A stretch of 64,000 nucleotides of DNA from a virus: IMG/VR virus record IMGVR_UViG_3300023296_001674. One strand, written 5' to 3'. The translations under genes were made by a program, and so were the position numbers. The notes beneath the pieces were generated by a model. It was not told where the DNA came from. It searched no databases and was given only the letters and a program-made list of their open reading frames with translations. Positions 20,438 through 30,164 of this stretch are shown here, one piece after another. Positions within the stretch are counted from its first letter, which is position 1; each line of letters opens with the position of its first letter.

Positions 20438-22735
20438 ATGACGGATTTGAGAGTATTCAAAAGCTATAGATCATTACATCCCGGTATGGGGCAAGCGGTA
20501 GCAGAAAGAACTATATTACGAAAAAAAGAAGATGACACATGGGAAGATTGGGGCGACGTAGCGGATAGAGTAGCATTAGGCAATTCTCTTTTATGTCCAG
20601 AAACAAAAGATCAAAATCCAGAATATAAATTACTTAAAAAACATATCGCTAAAGCATCATTATTGATGAGTGGTAGACATCTACAACACGGCGACGGTCA
20701 TCAACCTAAAAGAAATATGGAAGTATTCACTAACTGCGCCACTGCTGCATCTAGTTTTGTTTTATTCTATCTCCTATTGAATGGTTCCGGCGTTGGTCGC
20801 TGTTACGATGATGATATGATTTTGGTGAATTGGGACAATGCTCCCAATATCCGGTGTGTTTTGGACGAAGATCATCCAGATTTTGATTGGTCTGCGCACG
20901 AATCATCTAGAGATGCTATTCACAAATATGGCGAAGGTAAAGATACACTATGGTTTAAAGTTACAGACGATAGAGAAGGTTGGGCAAAAGCGCTTGAAAT
21001 ATGGGAAAATGCAGCTTTTGAAAAAATTCACCGTGATAAAACATTGGTATTGGATTTCTCATTGGTTCGCTGCAAAGGCTCTCCCATCGGCGGAATGCAA
21101 TCACGTCCAGCGTCCGGTCCTGTCGCACTTATGAATGCGTTTCAAAAGGCTGCTACATTAAAAGGCGCAGGTCTTTCACCTTGGAGACAAGCAATATACG
21201 TCGATCATTACTTTGCTGAGTGTGTTCTTGTTGGTGGTGCTCGTCGTGCGGCAAGAATGTCCACGAAATATTGGAAAGATGAAAACATTTTTGGTTTTAT
21301 AACAGTAAAGCGCCCCGTTGAATTTGCCGATAAAAAGTTTGATGATATTATGGAAATTCGTGCAGAAGCTGCATCACATGGTATATTGCCACCACAAGGA
21401 TTTTTGTGGAGTTCCAATAACTCAGTTGCAGTTGATGCTGAATTTTGGGAATTGGCTAATTTAAAGCGCGGTCATCCTAAATTTATGAATGCGATGGCAC
21501 AACAGGCCCGTAAAGTTCTTAAATTGGTTACAGAAGCATCTTATGCTGATGGAACCGGTGAGCCTGGACTTATTAATGTTGACAAATTGGTACAAAAAGA
21601 TGATGGTTGGGATGATTTAAATCGTGGCGATTTCATTGGTAGTGAAAAATACCAAATAGAAGATGATACACAAATATTAATTTCACGTCTTGCTAAAAAA
21701 GCAAAGCGTAAAAAATATCATACAATTACTAACCCATGTGGCGAAATCGCGCTTAATGTCCTTGGTGGATATTGTGTTATTGCCGACGTGGTTCCATATC
21801 ATGCTGATACTTTGGATGAAGCCGAAGAAGCATTCCGTGTTGCTACACGTGCATTGATTCGTGTGAACCTTATGGATAGCCTTTATAAAGAAGAAGTTAA
21901 ACGCACCAATCGTATTGGTGTAGGAATGACCGGCGTTCATGAATTTGCATGGAAATTCTTCAATTTGGGTTTCCGTGATTTAATTGACGAAGAAAAATCT
22001 AAAGAATTTTGGCTGACACTTAACCGTTTCAATGAAGCAGTGTACGAAGAAGCAAGAGATTATTCCGCACAGTTGGGCTTAAAAACGCCACACACGATGA
22101 CAACGATTAAACCTGCTGGAACTACCAGTAAACTGTTTGGGCTTACTGAGGGGTGGCATTTGCCAGCGCTGTCGTGGTATATGCGCTGGGTGCAGTTCCG
22201 TAATGACGATCCATTGGTGGTTAAATATTCATCTGCTGGATATCCAACACGCGAACTAAAGCAATATGAAGGAACCACCATTGTCGGTTTCCCAACCGAA
22301 CCAGCGATTGCTAGTTTAGGTTTGGGTGATAAATTAGTTACTGCTGGCGACGCAACACCAGAAGAACAGTATAAATGGTTGATGCTTGGTGAAAAATATT
22401 GGATTAACGGTGTTAATAAAGATGGATCAGAAAAGAAAGCCAATTATGGCAATCAAATTTCTTATACATTGAAATATAAACCAGATGAAGTTGATTTTAA
22501 GCAGTTTAAAGATATGCTGACTCATTATCAAAGCCAAATTCGTGCATGTTCAGTTATGCCACAAATTGATGCGGCAGCATTTGAATATCAGCCAGAAGAA
22601 TCAATTAATAAGGCTAAGTATGAAGAAATGATGCGTGCGATTGAACGCGTAATGGTTGAAGATATCGGCAAAGAGCATATTGATTGTGATACTGGTGCAT
22701 GTCCTGTAGATTTTTCTGCTGGTGAAAAAATATAA
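20438..22735 (+). CDS. nrdJ: Class II (B12-dependent) ribonucleotide reductase
   Basis: FTNC, LLLNGSGVG, VGGARRAA, TNPCGEI, TIKPAGT, C-terminal CDTGACP; no adjacent beta subunit. Confidence 0.85.
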   Translation: MTDLRVFKSYRSLHPGMGQAVAERTILRKKEDDTWEDWGDVADRVALGNSLLCPETKDQNPEYKLLKKHIAKASLLMSGRHLQHGDGHQPKRNMEVFTNCATAASSFVLFYLLLNGSGVGRCYDDDMILVNWDNAPNIRCVLDEDHPDFDWSAHESSRDAIHKYGEGKDTLWFKVTDDREGWAKALEIWENAAFEKIHRDKTLVLDFSLVRCKGSPIGGMQSRPASGPVALMNAFQKAATLKGAGLSPWRQAIYVDHYFAECVLVGGARRAARMSTKYWKDENIFGFITVKRPVEFADKKFDDIMEIRAEAASHGILPPQGFLWSSNNSVAVDAEFWELANLKRGHPKFMNAMAQQARKVLKLVTEASYADGTGEPGLINVDKLVQKDDGWDDLNRGDFIGSEKYQIEDDTQILISRLAKKAKRKKYHTITNPCGEIALNVLGGYCVIADVVPYHADTLDEAEEAFRVATRALIRVNLMDSLYKEEVKRTNRIGVGMTGVHEFAWKFFNLGFRDLIDEEKSKEFWLTLNRFNEAVYEEARDYSAQLGLKTPHTMTTIKPAGTTSKLFGLTEGWHLPALSWYMRWVQFRNDDPLVVKYSSAGYPTRELKQYEGTTIVGFPTEPAIASLGLGDKLVTAGDATPEEQYKWLMLGEKYWINGVNKDGSEKKANYGNQISYTLKYKPDEVDFKQFKDMLTHYQSQIRACSVMPQIDAAAFEYQPEESINKAKYEEMMRAIERVMVEDIGKEHIDCDTGACPVDFSAGEKI

Positions 22736-22752
22736 CCAAAGGATTATAGAAA

Positions 22753-23163
22753 ATGATAAAATATGTTGTTGGGTTTTTATTCAGTAAAGATATAAAAAAT
22801 GTGTTACTTATTGAAAAAACCAAACCCGATTGGCAAAAAGGATCGTTGAATGGCGTCGGTGGTAAAGTTGAAGAAGGTGAAACACCACTTGATGCCATGA
22901 TACGAGAATTTCAAGAAGAAGCTGCCCTCAAAATAACTGAATGGAACCACTGCGTAGTAATAACTGGTGACGGTTTCGTTGTTGATTTTTATAGGGCATT
23001 TAGTGATGACATATATCAAGCCACATCATTAACGGAAGAACAAATACAAGTGTGTGATACATTTTCATTGCCTAACAATGTGATATATAATTTAAAATGG
23101 ATTATTCCGTTTTGTCTTGATAATAATTCACAAAAACCAATGAATATTACCCATATAAAATAA
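22753..23163 (+). CDS. NUDIX hydrolase
   Basis: GGKVEEGETPLDAMIREFQEEA NUDIX box. Confidence 0.92.
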   Translation: MIKYVVGFLFSKDIKNVLLIEKTKPDWQKGSLNGVGGKVEEGETPLDAMIREFQEEAALKITEWNHCVVITGDGFVVDFYRAFSDDIYQATSLTEEQIQVCDTFSLPNNVIYNLKWIIPFCLDNNSQKPMNITHIK

Positions 23164-23170
23164 GGAGATT

Positions 23171-23428
23171 ATGATGAATGTAATCGTATATTCAACAAAT
23201 ACATGCCCATATTGCGTGAAAGCTAAAACATGGCTTTCCACCAATAATATAAAATTTGACGAAATAATACTTGATAATCAAGATGACATTGCCAAATTTA
23301 AAAAAGATTGCCCAGGAAAAAATACTGTTCCACAAATATTAATCAATGATGAATTGATTGGTGGATGTGATGATTTAATGGCTAGACAAGAATATGTTCT
23401 TGATTTAGTTTCTGGAGTTGCAGTATGA
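23171..23428 (+). CDS. Glutaredoxin
   Basis: CPYC, TVPQI, IGGCDDL. Confidence 0.93.
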   Translation: MMNVIVYSTNTCPYCVKAKTWLSTNNIKFDEIILDNQDDIAKFKKDCPGKNTVPQILINDELIGGCDDLMARQEYVLDLVSGVAV

Positions 23429-24201
23429 GTTTTTTAGGAATACAGGATACATCAAATAACCGATATTTCCACTATTTAACTATCGAGCAGAATGATGTAG
23501 GTTTGGCTATTCACAAAATGCATTTGGATGATGAGGTGGTATTAGAGGTAGATGGAGTTTTCGCCGCAGAAAATATTATAATTAAAAAAATATTAGACGC
23601 ACAAACCGAAGATTCATATATTCCAGTGAATATAATAGCAGGTGCATCTAATGTTGGGCAAAAATCTAGACGTGGACGCGGTAATATATTGATTGTAAAT
23701 CCACATGCTAAATTAAATTTACTATATTGGCCGGGTAAAATACAAACCAGTGAATTAATACCAATAGACAAAGGTATTTGTATATATAAATCCCAAAGTG
23801 AGATTGACGCTATTGGATATTACACTTCTAGTGCGATTGTCGGTAAAGGATATTGTTTTTTACGTGAAAATTGGGAAAAATTTGCTTGTGTTGCGCCATT
23901 GACAAATATTGATTGGTCAGAAATGCAAGAAAAACAATACAAGTGGTCGAGAGAAACGTTTGGTGAGTCCACATTGGAATCTAATTTAGATCATTTACGC
24001 GATGAATTGGATGAAATAGTTGAAAATCCAAATGATATTGAAGAATGGGCTGACGTTATGTTATTATATATGAATGCATCAAGTTTTGTTGGATTTACAA
24101 TGGATGATATATATAAAGCAGTGCAGAAAAAATATGAAAAAAATGTAAAACGCAAATGGGGTAAACCCGATGAACGTGGCGTAGTTAAGCATGTCGAATA
24201 A
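23425..24201 (+). CDS. Fusion: reduced major-capsid-like N-terminal region plus dATP/dGTP pyrophosphohydrolase (DUF550/MazG-like)
   Basis: C-terminal WSRETFG..L.HL..E..E...EWADV...K...N..RKW; N-terminal SRRGRGNILIVNP and YKSQSEIDAIGYY. Confidence 0.7.
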   Translation: MSFLGIQDTSNNRYFHYLTIEQNDVGLAIHKMHLDDEVVLEVDGVFAAENIIIKKILDAQTEDSYIPVNIIAGASNVGQKSRRGRGNILIVNPHAKLNLLYWPGKIQTSELIPIDKGICIYKSQSEIDAIGYYTSSAIVGKGYCFLRENWEKFACVAPLTNIDWSEMQEKQYKWSRETFGESTLESNLDHLRDELDEIVENPNDIEEWADVMLLYMNASSFVGFTMDDIYKAVQKKYEKNVKRKWGKPDERGVVKHVE

Positions 24202-24862
24202 CGTTGGTGTAAATCCTATTATTTGCGCGTTAGATATGAACGACTATACAATATCGTCGAAATTGACACGTAATTTATCTCCTTACGTTGGTATGGTTAA
24301 GGTAGGATTAGAGTCGTTTATCTATGATCATTATGGTGCTATAAATGTGGCAAGCATGCATGAGGTTGATGTATTTTTAGACCTTAAATTTTATGATATA
24401 CCAAATACAGTAGAAAAAGCAATAAAGCCATTTACTTATTATAAATATATTAAAATGATGACTATCCATGGAAGTGGTTCTGTTGATATGATAAAAGCGG
24501 CGGTAAATGCAGCAGAAAATATAGATATTATCGCAGTTACATTGCTAACAAGCACAGAAGAAAAGAACGCAACTGAAATTGTATTAAAAATTGCAGAAAA
24601 ATCATTAAAAAATGGTGCTGCTGGTATCGTATGTTCTGCAAGAGAAGTGTTGGATTTGCGCAAAGAATTTGGTAATGATTTTAAAATCGTCGTTCCTGGT
24701 GTTAGACCAAAATGGTATACAACAAGCGACGACCAGCGTAGAACTGGAACACCAAGTGAAATAATAAACAACGGCGCAACGAATTTAGTTATCGGTAGAC
24801 CAATAACTTCATCAGATAATCCAGTTGAAGCAACAAAAAAGATATTAGAAGAATTAAAATGA
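24191..24862 (+). CDS. pyrF: Orotidine-5'-phosphate decarboxylase
   Basis: ALD, KVG, FLDLKFYDIPNTV, VTLLTS, PGVRP, DDQRR, VIGRPIT. Confidence 0.95.
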   Translation: MSNNVGVNPIICALDMNDYTISSKLTRNLSPYVGMVKVGLESFIYDHYGAINVASMHEVDVFLDLKFYDIPNTVEKAIKPFTYYKYIKMMTIHGSGSVDMIKAAVNAAENIDIIAVTLLTSTEEKNATEIVLKIAEKSLKNGAAGIVCSAREVLDLRKEFGNDFKIVVPGVRPKWYTTSDDQRRTGTPSEIINNGATNLVIGRPITSSDNPVEATKKILEELK

Positions 24863-25503
24863 GAACAGGATTAAGCCCAAAAGAATTCTTTAATGCAATG
24901 AAGAAAAAGCCTGCACTACAGGCAATACTTAATGCATTTGAAGCATATTCCATAGAAGAATTAGAAAATATCCACGGACAACCTCGTTGGATACGCGTCG
25001 TGTTGGTTGAATTGAAACAAGATGAACTTGGTGGCGTTATTGACGAAGGTGCAATATTACGTGCTGAACAAATCGCCGATATGATGATGAATTCAACCGA
25101 AATAAATGAAACACCCGAACCCATACAATACGAAGTACGTCAATATTTAGGCAACGATTGGAATATGTCTTGTGGCATGTCGGGTTCTATGTTGGTGGAA
25201 GTGAAATGCGAAGATTTATTATATGTTATGGAAGTAGATAGCCAAATAGAGAAATTTATTGTTGGTATGGAAAGTTCCGTGGGTATATTAACTGATATAC
25301 AATGGAATAGATTCTTGCAAAATTCAACATCGTTGGGTTGTATGACTAAAATAGAATATACTAAAAAAGTTGCAGAAAACAGTAAAGGAAAAATGACAAA
25401 AACACCGGAAGAGCGTGACATGATAGCAAAAACCGCTGGCCCTAGATCGTATGTTGATCCAAATCGACCAAGATTTGAGATTATACGTCATGAAGTAACT
25501 TAA
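24859..25503 (+). CDS. Hypothetical protein
   Basis: ORF coupled to pyrF. Confidence 0.6.
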   Translation: MRTGLSPKEFFNAMKKKPALQAILNAFEAYSIEELENIHGQPRWIRVVLVELKQDELGGVIDEGAILRAEQIADMMMNSTEINETPEPIQYEVRQYLGNDWNMSCGMSGSMLVEVKCEDLLYVMEVDSQIEKFIVGMESSVGILTDIQWNRFLQNSTSLGCMTKIEYTKKVAENSKGKMTKTPEERDMIAKTAGPRSYVDPNRPRFEIIRHEVT

Positions 25504-25519
25504 TTAAAAGGAATATAAT

Positions 25520-25861
25520 ATGTTATTAGAAAAACAAGCAAAAGTCAACGATGTTGTTGCCGTCCGATTAGTGTCAGGTGAGGAAATTGTTGGTAGATTG
25601 ACATCAACAAGTGATACTGCCATAGTAATAGCAAAACCGTTAGTTTTAGGTATGCGTCAAATGCAAAATCCGAAATCTGGTGAAATAGAAACGGGTATGG
25701 CTTTCGCGCCATTTATGCTATCACTAGCAGAAGAAGATGGTATAACGTTGCAAGCAAGCAATATCGTTACAAAAATAAAAGCAAGACAGGCAATTAGTGA
25801 TTCTTATATACAACAAACTTCTAGCATAGAATTGCCATCATCGCCGCCATTGATTGTATGA
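25520..25861 (+). CDS. Sm-like small beta-barrel protein common in T4-like phages
   Basis: V.L.SGEEIVG.L ... P.. ... Y...TS.I pattern. Confidence 0.6.
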   Translation: MLLEKQAKVNDVVAVRLVSGEEIVGRLTSTSDTAIVIAKPLVLGMRQMQNPKSGEIETGMAFAPFMLSLAEEDGITLQASNIVTKIKARQAISDSYIQQTSSIELPSSPPLIV

Positions 25862-26070
25862 CCGAAAAAATAGTCAATGTAATAAAAGCGGCAACAAATA
25901 TATATCTTAAAACACATGATGCATATGAACGCGTAAAAGTGTGTGAAAGTTGTGATAAATACCTTAAGATGGCAAAAATTTGTGGTGAGTGCAAATGTTT
26001 TGTTCCAGCAAAATCAAGATTGCGATACGCAACTTGTCCGCTAGATAAATGGGAGATTTTAGATGCCTAA
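25858..26070 (+). CDS. Small Cys-rich zinc-binding protein
   Basis: R..VC.SC ... C..C.CF..AK.RL...CPL.KW. Confidence 0.7.
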   Translation: MTEKIVNVIKAATNIYLKTHDAYERVKVCESCDKYLKMAKICGECKCFVPAKSRLRYATCPLDKWEILDA

Positions 26071-26359
26071 ACCAGTACATAGACATACAGATTCAAGAGT
26101 GTGCGGCGCTACAACAGTTGTTGTAGGGCAATCGACAGTTATAGCCAACGGTTTGTTAGTATCCGTTCAGGGTGATCCAAATACACATGGTGGTGGTGCG
26201 TTAGGCGCTACTGTTAATCCTGGTTCAGTTATTATCGAAGGCAAAGAAATGGTTGTAGTGGGCAGTTCTGCTGCACCTGATGCGTTATGTCCTATTCCCG
26301 GTGGACCGCATTGTGATCCAAAATCATCATCGGGGAGCGACGACGTTCTAGCTTTTTGA
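26063..26359 (+). CDS. PAAR-like baseplate spike tip protein
   Basis: P.HR..D.R.CGA, V..NG, H.GG, GS..V; metal-binding His/Cys. Confidence 0.85.
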   Translation: MPKPVHRHTDSRVCGATTVVVGQSTVIANGLLVSVQGDPNTHGGGALGATVNPGSVIIEGKEMVVVGSSAAPDALCPIPGGPHCDPKSSSGSDDVLAF

Positions 26360-26369
26360 GGAATAATAA

Positions 26370-27233
26370 ATGAGTTGTTTACCAATTAATGACCCAAATC
26401 AATTTGATTTGTTTAATTCGAATATAAATTTTGCACCGGTACCATCTTCCGCGTTCCCACCAAACATGGCAGCAATTATGGACGAGTTAGCAAAACCCGA
26501 TGCCTTTGCGCCTTCTGTTAATTTAACAGTAGTCGACGATGCAATAACCGCGCTAGATGCGATGACCGGTCCAGAAATAGCAGCACTTCCGGCAAACAGT
26601 CAACAATTAATCGCTGGAACCTATGATTTTGCAGGCGATCCTCTTTTTAATGCATTTACGAGTAACTATAATATAGCAATTCCCCCATTGATAAGCAATG
26701 GTGATAGTTTACGTGATATATTGTCTTTATTTAGAACACATATAGTTGGAATACCAACTACTGTTCCTGGTGTTATTGGTAGTTTAGGTCACGCAAATAT
26801 TTTAAGATCGTTTGGGGCAATAAGTTCAGGTAATGGGTTGCAAAAACATCTTGGATTGGGAGCAATACCAGATTGCGGTCTTGCTGATGGTTTATTGGAT
26901 TCGCTATTGAAATTATTGCAGCCATTAATAGATTTGTTGGCTAACTTGCTTGACCCATTGTTTAATTTGATTCTAGCAATATTGGGTATACTTGCGGCAA
27001 TCCTTGCGGAATTATTAAATTTATTAAACATACTACAGAGATTGTTAGATTTCGCAACCGGATCACAACTTTTATCACTTGATCCATGTGCATTATTGTT
27101 TATGGGCCAAAGTGGTTCAACCACGTTGAATAACGAAGTAAATAGCGGCATTGAGTGGGTTAATCCAGATGCACCTCAAATACCCACCGCAGGACAAGAT
27201 TTACCAACACCGCCACCGCCAAGAAATCAATGA
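26370..27233 (+). CDS. Hypothetical baseplate/tip-associated protein with Leu-rich amphipathic helices
   Basis: Directly after PAAR; long LLxxLLxxL helical stretch. Confidence 0.5.
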   Translation: MSCLPINDPNQFDLFNSNINFAPVPSSAFPPNMAAIMDELAKPDAFAPSVNLTVVDDAITALDAMTGPEIAALPANSQQLIAGTYDFAGDPLFNAFTSNYNIAIPPLISNGDSLRDILSLFRTHIVGIPTTVPGVIGSLGHANILRSFGAISSGNGLQKHLGLGAIPDCGLADGLLDSLLKLLQPLIDLLANLLDPLFNLILAILGILAAILAELLNLLNILQRLLDFATGSQLLSLDPCALLFMGQSGSTTLNNEVNSGIEWVNPDAPQIPTAGQDLPTPPPPRNQ

Positions 27234-27826
27234 AACAAACTATCAAATATATATGTTATGTATGTTATATTTTGTTGGGAATATATGTTTTATCATTTCC
27301 ATCAGATACATTTAGTGAAAATGTTTTCAGTGTGGTTATGTCCGAGGAACAAAGAACATTTATAATTAATGGTTTGATTGATAGCGATGTTGCTGACGAT
27401 TTTTTAGAACGTCGCGAACATATAAATCGTATTGTGTTAAATTCACATGGTGGTTATAAATTATATATCGATGAACTCGCAGATTATACCCGCCAACACA
27501 ATATAACGACCATAATTGAAGAATATGGTGTGTGTTATGCTGGATGTTTGGGGGTATACACTGCGAGTAAAACCAGACTGGCACATTGGAACAGTTATTT
27601 TTATCTTGGGCATCCAGTATGGAAATATAATGGCATTACATACCCCGCATCTAAAGGAACTATTGAAATGATCGCAACATTGCGTGCAGATGGTGTTAGT
27701 GCCGAGTTGACTAATCAGTTGGATATCGTGGATTCAGTTATATTCAACGCAGAAGCAGCAAAACGCTATGGTGTAGTCACAAAACTATATAATCAATATG
27801 ACGTGGTTTCAAAACGTTTTTATTAA
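27230..27826 (+). CDS. Membrane-anchored ClpP/crotonase-like periplasmic protein
   Basis: N-terminal TM; I.G.I, LNSHGG, C..GC, GH pattern. Confidence 0.55.
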   Translation: MKQTIKYICYVCYILLGIYVLSFPSDTFSENVFSVVMSEEQRTFIINGLIDSDVADDFLERREHINRIVLNSHGGYKLYIDELADYTRQHNITTIIEEYGVCYAGCLGVYTASKTRLAHWNSYFYLGHPVWKYNGITYPASKGTIEMIATLRADGVSAELTNQLDIVDSVIFNAEAAKRYGVVTKLYNQYDVVSKRFY

Positions 27827-27839
27827 AAAAACATATTAC

Positions 27840-27870
27840 TTGACACTTATATCGTGTTGTGGTATAAATA
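27840..27870 (+). promoter_or_regulatory. sigma70-type promoter overlapping a TATAAATA late promoter, driving tmRNA
   Basis: TTGACA-17 nt-TATAAATA. Confidence 0.75.
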
Positions 27871-27879
27871 TACTTGAAA

Positions 27880-28151
27880 TCGTTGATAGCAACATAATAG
27901 AACTTTCTAGAAGAGACTTCGAAGTCTCCTGCTCCACCAATTTACTACTTTCGGGGCAGAATTGGGATCGATAGGAGTTAATAAAAGTTGAAGTAGATTT
28001 TCCCGATCTAAGCTGGGTTAACGCGACGAAACACTACAAACGCAAGCTTAACAGCAAGCAATGATAATTTCAAAATGGATACTCGCCTAGCGGCCTGATC
28101 CTAACTGAATTTATTCGGGGTTTGGGAGACACCTGTCAACAGAAGTCTCCC
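27880..28151 (+). ncRNA. ssrA: Circularly permuted (two-piece) tmRNA
   Basis: T-arm + CTGCTCCACCA (ends 27939) lies upstream of GGGGCAG (27953); acceptor stem pairs with G3:U70; tag frame 28054-28098 reads ASNDNFKMDTRLAA*; 3' hairpin GGGAGAC-ACCTGTCAACAGAA-GTCTCCC. The 5' start is approximate. Confidence 0.9.
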
Positions 28152-28157
28152 ATTACT

Positions 28158-28967
28158 TTATGACATTAAACTCCACGATCCATCTGATTGTGGATATTGC
28201 CAAGTCCAACTCCCATCATCCAAATATTTTCTTTTCCTACCCGCAACAGTTTTACTTTGTTTTTTTGCGCTACGTTTGCCATTTATTGCAGGTGAACCTT
28301 TTTTGGCATTCAAACTGTTTGAACATGACATTGAGCAGCATAGTTTTTTTCGTTTTATATATTCTACCACAAAATCAGAACCGCATTTTATGCATATTTT
28401 AATAACTGGGGGATTCTTTTTTGGTGGCGTCGTAATAGGTTTTGATGAAATCGCTACTTTTTTTCTACGTGGCATTTTTATACCTTTATTCCATGCGATG
28501 CATCCCTTTGGTCTACCCGTCCTGTTTGGGTTTTTGATGGGTTTATCTATTAATAGCATAAAATCGCCAGAACGTCTTGATTGAATCATTTCTGGTGTCA
28601 ATCCTTTATTCCATGCAGGTTTTATTCTGTTTTTTGTATGACCCTTGTGGCTCCCACCAACCGCAGTTTTTTTCATATTGTAATAACGATTACACCCTTC
28701 CATGACATTTTTGCTGATTGATAACTCACTATCAGTTATCATATTCAACCAGCGCTGTTCTTCGTTTTGTAAATCTTTGATATTTCCATCAATATATTTA
28801 AGTACTCGCATTTTAAAGTCGATTGGTCGTTTTTTGTGAGCATTTAGCATCCATTTACTGGAGCATATATAAGAATCGTCGATCTGTCCAAAGTGACTTC
28901 CAACATAAAACATATTATGTTTTTTATCGTGCCATATGTAGACGTATCCGGTATATTGATTTGACAT
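28158..28967 (-). CDS. GIY-YIG homing endonuclease
   Basis: GYVYIW...YVGSH...YICSS, E..WL, YYN; AWNKG repeats; Zn ribbon. Confidence 0.88.
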   Translation of the reverse strand: MSNQYTGYVYIWHDKKHNMFYVGSHFGQIDDSYICSSKWMLNAHKKRPIDFKMRVLKYIDGNIKDLQNEEQRWLNMITDSELSISKNVMEGCNRYYNMKKTAVGGSHKGHTKNRIKPAWNKGLTPEMIQSRRSGDFMLLIDKPIKNPNRTGRPKGCIAWNKGIKMPRRKKVAISSKPITTPPKKNPPVIKICIKCGSDFVVEYIKRKKLCCSMSCSNSLNAKKGSPAINGKRSAKKQSKTVAGRKRKYLDDGSWTWQYPQSDGSWSLMS

Positions 28968-29343
28968 TGTGATTTTTCCTGTTATAAATAGTGTGGGGGA
29001 CAGCAGATGCTTTCCTGTGTTTGTTGATAGAATGTTACTAGCGTTCTATCTTACCCTATTATTTATCATTTTTTATAACACTTAAAAAACTAAATAATAA
29101 TAGGAACCAACACTTGTCGGTAAATATACAAGTTCAAATATCCGAGTGACTATATATAAACCAACAAGAGTTTTTAATGGAAATTATGCCTTTTATCTAT
29201 AAACCGTAGCACTTGAATGCTGCGGTTTATTTTGTCACATAAAATGATTTTTATGTTATAGGTATTTATCTTCGTGTCGTTTTGGGGGGTCCGTCGACGC
29301 CTTTTTTATTGACTAATCCCCCACCATACTCTATGATACAATC

Positions 29344-29622
29344 ATGAAAAATATAGATTGGATGCACGACGGCCCCACTAGTCGGGGTTATTTAATAATA
29401 GTGGTCAATCGAATGATCGCACTTGGATTGTTTTCTATATTGGATTATTTGATATACACCATGCCATATGAGACAGCAGACGCTACGATGATAGTTTCAA
29501 TGATGCGTTCTACGTTGGCAGTTAAGAGATTGTTGCCATCATGGGATCAAATAGCAATAAGTGTATATAATGAACGCGATGAAGATAGTTTAAAACGATT
29601 AAGGGAATATGCATATGACTGA
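29344..29622 (+). CDS. Small early protein (paralog of the next gene)
   Basis: Own TTGACT-17-TATGAT promoter; shares I.W, S..R and PSW pattern with 29609. Confidence 0.6.
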   Translation: MKNIDWMHDGPTSRGYLIIVVNRMIALGLFSILDYLIYTMPYETADATMIVSMMRSTLAVKRLLPSWDQIAISVYNERDEDSLKRLREYAYD

Positions 29623-29902
29623 AATAAATTGGGAAGGCAAAGGCACCGATGATTTAATGCACATGATGTCGTCATTAAATGATTTAATAAAGAGTGATCA
29701 ATTCGATCAAGTGGATGAAATAATATCCACGATGGATTTAAAAACATCAACACTTACTATGTTGTCTGGTGTTTTACGATTTACTGGAAAATGTAGAGAT
29801 AGCATTCCATCATGGGAGCCAATGCGCGATAAATTATATGATGAAATTTTATTTCGTGATGAAAATCCTGATGATATGTTGATGGGTTTATTCGATAAAT
29901 AA
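29609..29902 (+). CDS. Small early protein
   Basis: Paralog of 29344..29622. Confidence 0.6.
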   Translation: MHMTEINWEGKGTDDLMHMMSSLNDLIKSDQFDQVDEIISTMDLKTSTLTMLSGVLRFTGKCRDSIPSWEPMRDKLYDEILFRDENPDDMLMGLFDK

Positions 29903-29963
29903 CTGTCACCCCCGTTTGTAATAATCCATATCATGATAATGAATATGATTTATTATTATTAAC

Positions 29964-30088
29964 GGCCTCTTCGAGGCTCCGGTCTCGAAGTAAAATGGCA
30001 AGTTGCATTTAGAAATTTAGGATGTCCATAATATGAGTCGCCTAGCAACAACCGGAGTCTGACGATTACTCGGCAACAGAAAATCGTT
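29964..30088 (+). ncRNA. Candidate structured ncRNA with tmRNA-like 3' hairpin
   Basis: 10-bp closing stem AGGCTCCGGT/ACCGGAGTCT; GACGATT-ACTCGGCAACAGAA-AATCGTT hairpin. Confidence 0.55.
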
Positions 30089-30164
30089 ATTTTTTATTGA
30101 CTTATCAAATATATTGATATATTATGCAGTTGATTAAGATTTTATAAACAATTAGGAGAATATA

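Noticed and set aside
20438-22735. Intein or intron in the RNR (also checked in the helicase)
   Set aside because: Lengths are normal and no C...HN splice motifs were seen
1659-27584. Numerous short minus-strand ORFs antisense to long + strand genes
   Set aside because: No RBS or motifs; typical antisense shadows
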